Positions 40,703-55,127 of a stretch of DNA of 64,000 nucleotides are shown in pieces. Numbering within the stretch: position 1 is the stretch's first letter; every line of letters starts with the position of its first letter. This DNA is from Hypanus sabinus (Eukaryota), in contig NC_082710.1 of the NCBI RefSeq assembly GCF_030144855.1, forward strand, positions 145,142,001 to 145,206,000, written 5' to 3'. The position numbers and the translations under genes are program-made. Under the pieces are notes generated by a model. The model saw nothing but the letters and a program-made list of their open reading frames with translations. It did not search any database and had not been told where the DNA came from.

Positions 40703-41591
40703 TAGTCGGTCCTCCTTATCTGCAAGGGATTGGTTCCGGGACCTCTTGCGGATACCAAAATTCGCGGATACCCAAGTCCCTTATTCAACCTGTCTTAATC
40801 TGGTGGATCTTGGGACCCAGCGGAACACCAGACCTTATTTAACCTGTCTCAGTGCAGTGGACATTAGGACTCGGTGGCAGAACTCTGAATCCGTAGTGTT
40901 TCTGTTCATGAAAACAATCATGATCATGATTGAAAATAAAGTGGAAATAATAAAGCGATCGGAAGGAGGTGAAACACCATTGGTCATTGGAAAAGCGTAG
41001 GCTATGTCAGTTAACGATCGGAACAATTTTACAGGATAAAGTGAGAAAGGCTCTGCCCTGATGAAAGCTACAATTATTACTACGCAACGCAGTGGTTTAA
41101 TTATTGGGTTTTGGATCCTCTATATCAACCCGGCACGGTGGAGAGCGAGCTCAGAAGCGGTCTGTCACTGGATCGAGCTTGGGAACTTCCCGAGCCCGGC
41201 GCTGAAACATATGTTCTTAAGAGTTTTATATGCATAGAAAGATAAAATATATACTATATACTAAGGCAAATGTTTGACTAACTGATGCTAAATAATACCG
41301 GATGTACCTGTTTGGACTTACTTAGTAAGAGAACTTCTGATTTTTTTCGATTCCGATGCACGATAACCCATGCACATCTTCCCTTTAAATCATGTCTAGA
41401 TTACTTATAATACCTAATGCAATGCAAATGCTATGTAAAATGGTTGTTATACTGTATTGTTTAGGGAATAATGACATGAAAAAAAGTCTGTATGCTCGAA
41501 CAGTAAGTGCTGGAAGAGCACTTCCGGGTTTTCGCGATTCGCAGTTGGTTGAATTCGCGATGTGGAATCTGTGGATAAGGAGGGCCAATTG
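40703..41591 (+). mobile_element. Tigger/MER2-like non-autonomous DNA transposon nested in a LINE
   Basis: TIRs (C/T)AGTCGGTCCTCCTTATC / GATAAGGAGGGCCAATTG; TA on both sides (40701-02, 41592-93); HTH remnant MIENKVEIIKRSEGGE. Confidence 0.85.
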
Positions 41592-42166
41592 TACATAAAG
41601 ATCATGGGAAAAGGCCAGCAATAGCATGAAGGATCCCAGACACCCTGCCTATGCATTGTTTGTCCAACTCCCATCAGGGACAGGGGTATGCAACACCACC
41701 AGGACCACTGGACTCAAAGATAATTATCTCCCCTAAGCCAGCAGGCTAATCAACATATCTTCACCCACACTTTCATCACAACATACACATCACATAGTGT
41801 TACATACAATCAAGTCTGTGTATACACCCCAATATTGTGTTTTATAGAATTGCTTTTATATTTATATTTATTGTGTTTTTATTGTATTCTTTAGGCTTAT
41901 TTCTTTTGAATGCTGCATCAGATCCGGACTACTAACCATTTTGTTCTTTTGCACTCATGTACTGAAGAATAACAATAAACAATTGAAGATTTTGAGCTGA
42001 GAGTTTAATGGTGGAAAGTGTGACCACCTTCAAGTTCCTGAGTGTCAATGTCTCATAGGATCAATCCTAAACCTATTGATGAATTCACAAAGAAGGCATG
42101 CCAGTGTTTCCACTTCATTAGGATTTAAGGAGTTTTGGTATGTTACCAAAGATTTTTGAAAACCTA

Positions 42167-43801
42167 CAGTGCTTATAAAAAGTATTCACCCCACCTTGTA
42201 AGTTTTCATGTTTTCTTGTTTTACAACATTGAATCATAGTGGATTTAGTTTGGCTTTTTTGACACTAAGCAACAGGAAAATACTCTTTCATGTCAAAGTG
42301 AAACCAGATTTCAAAGTGATTTAAATTAATTACAAATATAAAACACAAAATAATTGATTGCATAAGTATTCACCCCCTTCAAGTCAGTATTTAGCAGATG
42401 CACCTTTGGCAGCAATTACAGCCTTGAGTCTCTGTGGATAGGTCTCCAACAGCTTTGCACATCTGGATACTGCAATTTTTCACCATTCTTCTTTACAAAA
42501 TTGCTCAAGCTCTGTCAGATTGCATGGGGATTGTGACTGAACAGCCCCTTTCAAGTCCAGCCACAAATTCTCAATTGGATTAATGTCTTACTTGGCCACT
42601 CCAGGACTTTAACTTTCTGGCTTTTAAGCCATTCCTCTGTAGCTCTGACTTTATGCTTGGGGTCATCGTCTTGCTGGAGAACTAACTTCTCAATCGCAGC
42701 TGTCTTACAGACTGCATCAGGTTCCCTTCCAGGATTTCCTTGTATTTTGCTGCATTCATTTTACTCTCTACCTTCACAAGTCTTCCAGGGCCAACTGCAG
42801 TGAAGCATCCCCACAGCATGATGCAGCCACCATCATCCTTCATGGTAGGGATGGTGTGTTTTTGATGATGTGTGGTGCTTGGCTTATGACTAACATAGCA
42901 TTTAGCCTGATGGCCAAAAAGCTCAATTTTGGTTTTATCAGACCATCAAACCTTCCAGCTGACTTCAGTCTCCCACATGCCTTCTGGCAAACTCTAGCTG
43001 AGATTTCACGTGAGGCTTTTTACTTCCAACAGCGGTTTTCTCTTTGTCACTCTCCCATAAAGCTGCAGCTAGTGAAGCACCCGGGCAACAGTTGTTGTAT
43101 GTGCAGTCTCTCCCATCTCAGATACTGAAGCTTGTAACTCCTCTAGAGTTGTCATAGGTCTCTTGGTGGCCTCCCTCACTAGTCTATGGCACACCCTTCT
43201 TGCACAGTCACTCAGATTTTGAGGACAGCCTGCTCAAGGCAGATTTACAGCTGTGCCATATTCTTTCCACTTCTTGATGATTGTCTTAACTGTACTCCAA
43301 GGGATATTCAGTGACTTGGAAATTTTCTTGGATCCATTTTCTGACTTGTGTTTTTCTTTTCAGAGTTGCTTGGAATGTTCTTTTGTCTTCATGGTGTAGT
43401 TTTTTTGCCTGGATACTGACTCACCAGCAGTTGGACCTTCCCGATACAGGTGTATTTTTACTACAATCTATTGAAACAGCTTGACTGCACACAGGTGGTC
43501 TCTATTTAACTAATTACATGCCTTCTAAAACTAATGGGTTGCACCTATGATGATTTGGTGTGTCATATTAAAGGGGGCAAATAATTATACAATCAATTAT
43601 TATGTGTTTTGTATTTGTATTTAATTATTTGTATTTTATTATATTTGTATTTATTTGAAAAGATCTATTTTCACTTTGACACAAAAGAGCCTCTCTGTTG
43701 ATCAGTGTCAAAAAAGCTAAATTAAATCCACTGTGCTTCAATGCTGTAAAACAAAATATGAAAGCTTCTGGGGAGGGGAATTTTTTTTTATATAGGCACT
43801 G
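42167..43801 (-). mobile_element. Near full-length Tc1 (IR/DR type) transposon with a pseudogenised DDE transposase
   Basis: ~220-bp TIRs starting TA|CAGTGCTTATAAAAAGTATTCACCCC with inner DR AAGTATTCACCCCCTT. Minus-strand MKTKEHSKQL.., [29 protein letters not shown] remnants with stops/frameshifts. Host LINE continues on both sides. Confidence 0.9.
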
Positions 43802-45249
43802 CATATTGATTTGTGGTGGAAAGCCTTTGACTGGTACGGAGGCTTCAAGCACAGAATTGCAAGAGGCTGCAGAGGGTGTAGACTCAGCCAGCTTCATCTT
43901 AACCTTTCCCACCACTGAGGACATCTTCAAGAGTCAATGTCTCAAGCAAGCTGCAGCCATCACTAAAGACTCTCACCATCCAGCACATGCCTGCTTCATG
44001 TACTGCCATTGGGAAAGTGATACAGGAGCCTGAAGACCAACTTCCAATGATTCAGTAACAGCTTCTCCTTCCTGTGATCAAATTTCAGAATGATCTATGA
44101 ATCAATGGGCACTACCTTGATTTGTTTTGCACTATTTATTTGCTAATTGATAGTTATTTTGAAAGTGGAAACCCCTTCTGTCTTTCTACTTGGTTTTAGA
44201 GACTCATCTCATATCAAAGTTACGGTGGCAGAATTTCCAGCCCACCCTAAATGAGGAATGTTGCTGGCACAGGAAGGCTTGATTTTTAAGGAACAACTGT
44301 ATATTTTGGGACTGTTTTCCTTGAAATGAAGGGAGCTGAGGAGTGATCTTAAGAGGTTTATAAAGTCATGGAGCACAGGGAGGGCAGACAAGTCCTTTTT
44401 CCCCACCAGGTATGGCAGTTTAAAATTACAGGGTACAGGTTTAGGGTGGAAGGGGAAGATTCAAAGGATATCTGAAAGGCAGTTTTCTCTCCTCACTCAA
44501 AATGGTCAGCATGTGAAGCGAGCTGTCAGTAGAGGTGGTAGAGGTGGATATGAATGCAACAGTTCAAAAAACAGGTACAAGGATTGGAAAGGTTTAGAGG
44601 GACACTGGCCAAACAAAGAGAAATGGGACCATCTCAGATTGGCATTTTGTTGAGCATGGACAAGTTGGGTTTACAGGCCAGTTTCTTTAAAATGATGGTG
44701 GTTAAGGAACAAATGTTCTCAATAGTAGGCTGAGGTAACTAGAGATCAGTACAAAGGTGGTCACCAAGAAATTAGTGGCGGAACTCAGAACCTTCTTCAC
44801 CAAGGTGACGGCAAGAATGTGGAACTCATTTGCTCAAGGAGAATCTAGTAACAATTCTCTCAAGGGAGACTGGACAAACATATGCAAGGAAAGGAGAGAC
44901 AGAGAAACACTGATAGATAAGACGAAGACAGAGGATTCAAGGGAACTGGCAAACTGGCCTTATTTCAGTGCAGTAGTCTTATGAAGCTGCATATCATGTG
45001 ATCTTATGAAAGTCTGTTTAAATTCATTGCAGTTTAAGTAGTTATTTACTAATAAATTTGAGATCAACATGAAAGCAAGTAAAATTTTTTGTTCTGATTG
45101 CAATTCATCTTGTAAAAATTGTGTACAATTTGTTTTTTTTTTAACTGTGAATGCTGCTTATCTGCATCTGTGTTCTGCAAGTTCTTTATCGCACCAAAAC
45201 ATATGAGAAAAAGACGAATTTGAGAAGCGATGGCCGGAGAGACTTCTCA

Positions 45250-45486
<237 letters not shown>

Positions 45487-46722
45487 TCAGATAGTTGGCC
45501 CTGGGTTCGAGTCCTGCTCACAGAAACCAGTCTCCCCTGTTTATAATTCTTGCTGTCTTGGCAAAGTAGCCAACATAATCAAACAGACTGTCCACCGCAG
45601 ACATTTTCTCTTCTCCTCAGGGAGAAGCTATAGAAGCCTGAAAGTACTTATCAGATTCAAATACAGCTGCTATCCTACTGAATGGTTCGCTTGTATGCCA
45701 CTGACCTCACACATTATCTGCCTGCACTACATTTTCTTTGTAGCTGTTATACTTTATTCTGCACCTGTTACCTTTTTGTACTGCCTCAATGGACTACATC
45801 ATGAATTGATCTGTGTGAATGGTATGCAAAACAAATTTTTCAACTGTACTTGCTTTGCATAATAATGTAAGGGTGGTAACTAATACTGCAGGCAGGAATG
45901 TAGCCCCCTTTCAGGTAAGCCGCTTTTGGGTTAGGAAGGGGGAGGTTGTTCAGCCAAAGAGCTATCTGTTTTCTGAAGTTGTAAGAAATTTCCAAGGAAT
46001 TCAGAGCAGGTATATCCCCCATCCCCAGATAGTACTTCAATGGATTCAAAGCAGATTCATTATCAAAGTATGTATGCACTATACAACCCTGAGATTTGTC
46101 TGTTCTCCACACACAGCCAAGAAAACAAAAAAAAACCATCACCCCCCACACATAAAAAAACAAATCACTGAAACAGCAATAAGAACATCACCTCCCACAC
46201 AAAAATAAAATCATGCAAATGGCAACAAGAACAAGCAAAAACAGAAAAATCGAAAGTGTTCATATTCAGTTTAGCTCAAATATGTTCCGAATATGTACGT
46301 TATTCGACATTCCAGTGGATTACCAGTTCATAACCATGTTGCCATATTCAGCTCAGTCTGTGACAACCATCAACCACCTGATTACACTGTTCCCATTTTA
46401 CTCCCACCATCAATTGCCCCCAGATTCATGTCACAGACTGAGGGCAATTTACTGCAGTCAATTAACCTGCCTGCATGTGGGAGGGAAGCAGAACACCATG
46501 AAGAAACCCACGCAGTCACAGGGGAACTGTGCAAACTACACACAGACAGTACTGGAGGTCAGGATTGAACGTAGGTCTCTGGAGCAACAAGGAGCAGCTC
46601 TGGCTGCTATGCCACCTAAGTAATTGGAGTTACAGTGCCCACACATCAAAAGTACTTTATTGTCTGCAGAGCTTTGGAACATATGGGAAGGAATCTAGAG
46701 AAATGCAAATCTTTTGCTCTTA

Positions 46723-47066
<344 letters not shown>

Positions 47067-50000
47067 TCACTTTTGGGCAAAAGGTCACCACATTCAAGCT
47101 TCATAGCAACTGGGACACATATACAGAAGGTAATAATCTACAGGTAATGAGCCTGGCATAACAGGCAGAGAGGAAGAGGCTGCTTCCTGTTATTTCTAAT
47201 CCTTTGGCAATGAATTGCAGCTAAATTTTGCAGTTATAAATAGCTAGAAACAAAAAGACAAAGATCACAGTTTAATCAAACGCAATTAAAACCCATCTGG
47301 TCCTCACAACCTAGTCTACTTGTTTGTCAGAGAATCAGGTGACTGGCTGTCACATTCAACCTTCCATCTCGAGAATAGAGTTACTCTCTTTTCCTTTAAT
47401 TCCTAGCCCACCTCCAAGCCTGGGGATACAAGATGCAGATACTAGAACTTGGAACAACAATGGACCAAATGGTTCAAATAGACGGTCTCAACTCAAAAGA
47501 TTGGGTGCCTATCTCCCTCCATAGATGCTGCCTGACTCATGTGATGTCCTCTATCGGATTTCTGCTCCACATCCACTCTACGCAAGGATCCAATACTTTA
47601 TTTTCTCTGTTCCTGTCTCCTCTCTCAGGTGGCTTGCTGATCTTTTTCTGTACCAATCACCCTAAAACAATATTGGCGGGTTTGGTATTTGTCTTGCATT
47701 GTTAGCGAGGGGCTTGTACCATGCACTCTGCTTGGTGTATTCCAGAGAATCCAAAGCAGCAGACAATGCACTATCCTATTACACTGCACAATTTGTACAA
47801 GTGACTGACATTCAGAATCATTCTACTAACGCCTCACTGGCTGCTTTTCTTCCCGTCTACCATTAGATTTCTGAATAGCTCATGAATACTACCTTGCTAT
47901 TCCTTTTTTTTTGCATGATAGTTTTGTAAATCATAGTAATTTTGTCTTTGTATTAAACTGCTGTCAAGAAAAAACAAATTTCATGCTATCCAAGTCATTG
48001 ATAATGAACCTAATTCTGATCTTCCTGTCCTGGAGACATTAAATTTTCTCTTCGGTCTGGAATGCAGAGTCAAATCTGGTCAGACGTGAACAACAGACTG
48101 CCAGTACTGGAAATCTGGGGCAACACAACAAGCTGGAGGAACTCTGAGTCAGGCAGAATTTTTGGAGGGAAATGGACAGTCAATTTTTCAAGTTCAGATC
48201 AAGGATCTCAACCCAAATCTAGCCCTCCATTTTTCTTTGTTCTAAAACGTCTAAGGATCTCTTAAATGTCCCTAATGTATGTGCCTCTACCTGTTCCCTC
48301 CAGCTCAGTCTTGGTTGAGGTGAGTTTTAGGGAGGGAACATCAGAGATCAGAGCCCAGGTTCCAGTTTGTGATGTGGTCTAGTAGATTTAACTGGGGAGT
48401 GCAGAAAGATTTGAACAGAACAGCCTGTTCCCATGCTGCATTCTCAGTGATCTACAACCTGTATGATGGGATTTACTGCACTGGAAATGACCAAATCAAG
48501 TCAAGATTTAGTTGTGAACTCCAAAGGCAAGGGAGAACAGAAAAGTCTTTATTCAGAACAGGAAGAGAGAATGTATTGTAACTGGGATCACAGCAGAGCT
48601 CTTGCTGCCTTTACAATCAAACCACTCTACCACATGCTCAGAATAAGTCATCAAACTGGGGGAAAAAAAAACAGAAGGCAGAAAGAATGAGTAGGTGTTT
48701 GGAACAAATAAAGAAATATCCTGTTGATCTGGAGAGATTGTCCTGAAGTCAAGAATGAGGTCATAGCACAGGTTAGTTAGAGACAACTTGTACCAGCAAA
48801 AGACGGAAGGTAAAGAGAAGTAAAGGAACTTGAGCACATGCTCTTCCTTTATTCTACAAATTAGTTTCGATTAGAAACCTTTTACAAAGTATTGACCGAG
48901 TCACACATCAGCTTTGCAGTCAAGAAACTAGAGAAGTACAGAACCAAGTGTTCTACAAGTTACTAGAAGCTTACAAAACAGGTGATAAGACAAACATAAA
49001 CGTAAAGAAAGTAAAACTACAAGGAGAAGCAGTAAAACTACAAGGAGAAACAATAAAAACAACAATATGGGCACTAATGCAACAATCCTCAACACAAGGC
49101 ACTTGAAAGTAAATGACAAAGCTCAGCAGGTGACTGCGATGCTGGTGACGGGCACCAGTGACAGTACAGGGTGATGCCTGCTTTCAATACAGTGCTCATC
49201 ACTAATCTAAACAGGGTGGCACGGTAGTGCAACACTTTGCACTGCTAGCTGCAAGATCTGTAAGGAGTTTGTATTTTCTCACCGTGACCATGTCGGTTTC
49301 CTTCCACTTTCCAGACATACGGGTTAGTAAGTTGTGGCCATGCTATGCTAGTGCTGGTTGCACAGCAACACTCACAGGCTGCCCCAGCACTTCTCTGGAC
49401 TGTGATGGTTGCTGACACAAAAGATGCATTTCACTGTACGCTTTGATGTGCGTGTGACAAATAAAGCTAATTCTAAAACTACTGCCATTTACCCTCCAAG
49501 AGGGCCACAACCTTGTTGCCTCAATGACCTGGAGGCCATGTTGGCTGGAGTCAGGACTTTATGCTTCGGTTCTTGGTAGGGTCGCCCATTCCAAACAGGT
49601 CAAACAGTAGAGGCCAGACTAAGAGTGGTCTACTGGACCTCCAAATTAAAGGGTTCAGCTCAGGGTTAACAACCTTGACTGATAATACAAAATTGTTTCG
49701 GAAACAGTAATAAAGATTCCTTGTATGCCTATGAGCAATAGTATTCCTGGAGTCTCCAGCTGGGACTTGCATAACTGACTGTCGTGAAAACTGAGAAGAA
49801 ATTACTGACATAAGACCACAAGACATAGGAGCAGAATTAGGCCATTTGGCCCATCAAGACATGAAAAAGGAAGCCCTGAACACTGCCAGAGATAGAGGAC
49901 CCTCATTGCTGCTCTAAATGCCAGCAGCATAATGGGCAGTAAAAAAATACCTGCAATCTACACTGTAAATTGGACTACATTTCACAGACGACTGTTCAGG

Positions 50001-51934
50001 CAAATAAAGACACAGACAGCAGCAAGGCAACACAAATCTGACAACAAAAACTCACATCAAATTCCAGTTTCACCGACAAGGTACTAACAAAAAAAGGGTT
50101 AAATTACGACGGAAAATGGGTACACTCCAGCAGGACTTGCATTCTCCAGGCAGACACAAGAATCCGCCAGCTGTTCAAACCATTCGAAGAATTGATCAGT
50201 AGATAAAGGAAAACTATCCCCTCTGAACAAGATCCTTAAAAGGAGATCCTAAAAACAAGAGGCCAGAGTGGGGGGGGGGGGGGGGGGGAAGGGTGGGTTG
50301 GTGGTGAAAGTGACATCAGGAAGCTGCTCCACACATGCCTGGAACTGCCTTCCTCGAGAGTGCTGCAGGGGCAGAGAGTTAACTTGGAGGATTTTCCAGA
50401 GAAGCAAGGCGGGGAGGTGAGGTTAACATCAGCTGTGATCCAACCACATGGTAGAACAAGGTCAATGGTCTGAATATCCTCATCCTATCTCCATGTGAGT
50501 CTAAACTGGTGACAGGCATTGGCTACCTCGAAGCTGCAGAAGACATGTGGAGAGGCAAGGAAGATCTCATGGGAGAGAGGGAAGCTCTGGCCAGTGGCTG
50601 AACAACATCTCTTAGCATCTAAACACAGAAATGGGGTGTGTGAGGGGGGAGAAGGGGAAAGAGTGTTGAGAAAGTATTTTCCCCAAAGTTAACGGTAGAT
50701 ACTTTCTTTAGCACCCGCTCTGCTTCCACCTGCACAGGATACACAGCAGCAGCCGCCCCTCTTCAATAGTCAGAGGCCAAGAACATTCAGAGGAGAAGGG
50801 AGTGGTCACACCATGCTCAACGGGCTAGTCCACAGGACACCCACAAACACATGCAGAAGCAAATATTCACTGTTGCTGAAAGCTCATCCAACCCAATGAG
50901 ATTCCCGATGGTCTTCCCAAGTCTGAAATCATGTACTGAGTGACTCAAGTTCAAAGCAGTCACTGCAAGTCTCTAGCAGAAAGACCAGACGAACCAAGGA
51001 CACCGAGGGGCCAGTACCCATATTAGAGAACCTTCCTGAAATCATGCTGAAGGGTCTCGGCCCAAAATGCTGACTGGACTCTTTTTCATAGACGCTACCT
51101 GGCCTGCTGAGCTTCTCCAACATTTTGAGTGTTGCTTGGATTTCCAGCATCTGCAAATTTTCCCGTTTGTGATTAGAAAACCCTCACACTGTGTACATTC
51201 CTTAAGCAAACAAAGGTAAACTGACATAAATCATGCCATGCTACCATCAGGAAGGAGGTAGAGCAGCATGAAGGTACACATTTAGTAAATTAGGAACAGC
51301 TTCTTTCCCTTTGCCATCCAATTTCTGAATGGACATTGAACCCACGAACACTACCTCACTACTGTTTTTGCACTACTTAATTTAATATCTCTCTCACATA
51401 CACTTATTTATCATTTTTATTATCATCTATTGCAATGTACTGCTGCTGCATTAGAAACTTCACAACATATGTTGGGTGATAATAAACCTGATTCTGATCA
51501 AGTGGGATGAATGTTTTAAGTGTAGGGTTTCATTTTGCAAATTCTTATTAAGTATATTTTTAGGTAAAATAGTAGCTGTCTTCAATGCCTTTGGCTGCAG
51601 AGGAGAGCACGTGGTTCCATTCGGTAGTACTAGCATGTCCTAGCACCTCATGAAGTCTCAAAACACACTGAAATAGGACAAAATACAGCACAGGAACAAG
51701 CCATCAGCACACCACATCAGCACCAAACTAATCAAACACCCAACTAAAGCCTTCTGCCCACATAATATCCCATCATCCCTCCATTCTCTTTAAATTTATG
51801 TGCCTATCTAAAGCTTCTTAGAAACTAGCACCTCCAGTGACTGCATATTCCAGACTCCCACCAATCTGTGAAAGAAAATTGCTCCAAACATCTTTGAACT
51901 TAACCCCCTTACCTGAAATGCATGCTCGAGCATT

Positions 51935-53120
51935 AGATCAAAGTAACTTTATTATCAAAGTACAACTATGCCATCATATACAACCCTGAGATTCATTTTC
52001 TTCCAGGCATTCACACAGTAAATAAACAACAGAATCAATGAAAGACTGCACTCAACAAGCAACAACGTGCAAGAGACAACAAATTGGGCAAATACAAAGA
52101 AAAAGAAAAAAAAGATAAGCAATAAATATCAAGAATATGAGCTAAAAAGTCCTTGAAATTAATTCCATAGGTTGCGGGAACATTTCAGCAATGAGGGTGA
52201 GTGAATCCCTTCTGGCTCAAGGGCCTAATAACCGAGGGGTAATAATTGTTCCTGAACCTGTTAGTATGGGTCTTGAGGCTCCTATACCTCCTTCCTGATG
52301 GCAGCGGTGAGCGGAGAGCATTGTCTGAGTGGAGGGGGTCCATGACGATGGATGCTGCAGTCTTTCTACAGTGCTCCATGTAGATGTGCTTAGGGTAAGG
52401 AGGGCTTTATCCATAATGTACTGGGCTGTATCCACTACTTTTTTGTAGGCTTTTCCATTTAAGGGCACTGATGTTGCCATACTAGGTCATGATGCAAGCA
52501 GTCAATATACTCTCGACCACACTTCTATAGAAGTTTATCAAAGTTTTAGATGACATGCCAAATCTTCACAAATTTCGAGAAAGTAGAGGCACTGCCGTGC
52601 TTTCTTTGTGTTGGCACTTAAAGTGTGGGATCCAGAACAGATCCTCTGAAATATCACTGTGGAATTTAATGTTTCTGATCCCTTCCACCTCTGATTCCCC
52701 AATGAGTTCTAGCTCATAGCCCTCTGGTTTCCTTCTGTAGTCAATAATCAAGTCCTTGCTCTTGCTGACATTGAGCAAGAAGTTGTTGTTGTGGCACCAC
52801 TCAGCAAGATCTTCAATCTCTCTGCTATATGCTGACTATTCACCACCTTTGAATCAGCCAACAACAGTAGTGTCATCTGCAAACTTAAAATGGCATTGGA
52901 GCTATGCTTAGCCTCACAGTCATAAGGATAAAGTGAGAAAGCAGGAGGCTAAGCACACAGCCGTGTGCTGCACCCGTGCTGATGGTGATCGTGGAGGAGT
53001 TGCTGTTGGCAATCTGAACTGACTGGGGTCTGCACTAAGTTGAGGATCCAGTTGCACAAGGAAATACTGAGGCCTAGGTCTTGAAGCTTACGTTTTGAGG
53101 GGATGATAGTATTGAATAAC
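51935..53120 (-). mobile_element. Rex/Babar-like LINE 3' fragment
   Basis: KFADDTTVV remnant, LNVSKSKDLIIDYRR, LPSGRRYRSLKTHTNRFRNNYYP. Confidence 0.8.
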
Positions 53121-53529
53121 TATTTGATCCTGGGAAAAAGGTTCAGATTATGAGGCATAGATTAACTTCTGCCAGCTCTCTCCTCATTTTCTCTCAGCAG
53201 AGAACACAACCTAAATTTGTTCAGCCACTACCTACCACACATGCCTTCTAATCCAGATATGATCCTGGAAATGAGAAGATATCACCTTCCTATCAGGGCT
53301 TGAATTCCCTTCCCACAGCATGTGGGAACAGTCATCACATGGAAAGTAATGGTACAAAGAAACATCTCACAAGGGCAGTTGGGAACAGCCTTCCCTGTGA
53401 CAGTGGAGGCAGAAATTCTCTGCACCACAGATGATTCTATACTGTCATCAATAACTACAACAAGGCAAGGAATACTCATTATTAGTGACAGCCAGTCACT
53501 AATCTTGATTCTGCCATGAAGAAGGTATA

Positions 53530-54340
53530 GTTTGTCATCCTCCTTCCATCATTGATACTGCCCTCACCAGCAGCTCCTCCATTTTCTGGACATCTGTGCT
53601 CACCCCATCTACTAGAGTTCCTCTAGTCCTTACCTACCACCTCATGAGCCTCCACATCCAACACATATTCTCTGCAACTTCTGCATTTCCCAAGGGATCC
53701 TACCACCAAACATATCTTTACCCCTTCCTTTTCTTTCTGCATGGATCACTCACTCCGTGATTCCCTTGTCCATTCATTCCTTATCACTAATAACTCTGCA
53801 AGTGGCCGAAGTGATACATCTGCCCATTCAACTCCTTTCTCACCTCCACAGGTGAGGCAACACTTCACCTGTGAATCTGCTGGGGTTGTCTATTGTGTCC
53901 AATGCAGCCTCCTCTTCGTTGGTGAGACCTATTGTAAATTGGGGGAGCACTTCATTGAGCACCTCCACTCCATCTGCCAAAAGCAGAGCTTCCCGGTGGC
54001 CAAACATTTCTATCATTCCAACGTGCTGGTCCATGGCCACCTCCTGTCATGATCAGGGTAGAGGAGAAACACCTTAAATTTTGTCTGGGTAACCTCCAAC
54101 TTAATAGCTAGTTAAATAAACCCCCCACTACCTCCCCTCTTCTATTTCCAACTCTGGCCTCTTACCTCTTCTCACCTGTCTTTCACCTCCCCCAAGGTCC
54201 CTTCCTCCTCTCCTTCCTACTATGGTCCACTACCTATCAGCTTCCTTCCTCCCCAGCCCTTTACCTTTCCTATCCACCTGGCTTCACCCATCTCTCTAGC
54301 TATCCTCCTTCCCTTCCCCCCACCTTTTATTCTGCCAACT
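53530..54340 (+). mobile_element. Penelope-like fragment
   Basis: PLVLTYH and QVRQHFTCESAGVVYCVQC...GET..KLGEHFIEH motifs. Confidence 0.8.
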
Positions 54341-54845
54341 TTTAGAATAATATATAGAATAACTAAATATTCACGCCAATCAACTAATTACAAGTGCATT
54401 AAGGTAAAAAAACAGACTTAAGTGGAGCAAAGGTAAATTGAACAAGGTAAAACAATAACAGAATGTAGAATAAAGTGTTACGGTTATAGAGAAATTGCTG
54501 TACATACAGATAATAATGTGCAAGTTCATAACAAGGTGGATTGCCACCTATCCCCCTTATTGTACTAGGGACTGCTCAATAGTCTCATAACAGGAGAATA
54601 GAAGCTGTCCTTGAAAGTAGTGGTACATGATTTCAGGTGTTTCTATCTTCTTCCAAAGGGAGAGGGGAGAAGGGAGATTGAAGCCTGAAGATCCACAAAC
54701 TCAAGGCTCAACAATTGCTTTTTCCCTTTGCAATCAGGTTCTTGAACTGACCTGCAAAACCCTAACTTAGATTAGATTTACTTTGCTTTCTCTCAATTTG
54801 TACTAATATTACATTTAGTTTGTCATGTATGTGTAATTAATATTA

Positions 54846-55127
<282 letters not shown>

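Noticed and set aside
50270-50288. Long G homopolymer (also C-run at 2132-2149)
   Set aside because: Simple low-complexity runs with no supporting functional context.
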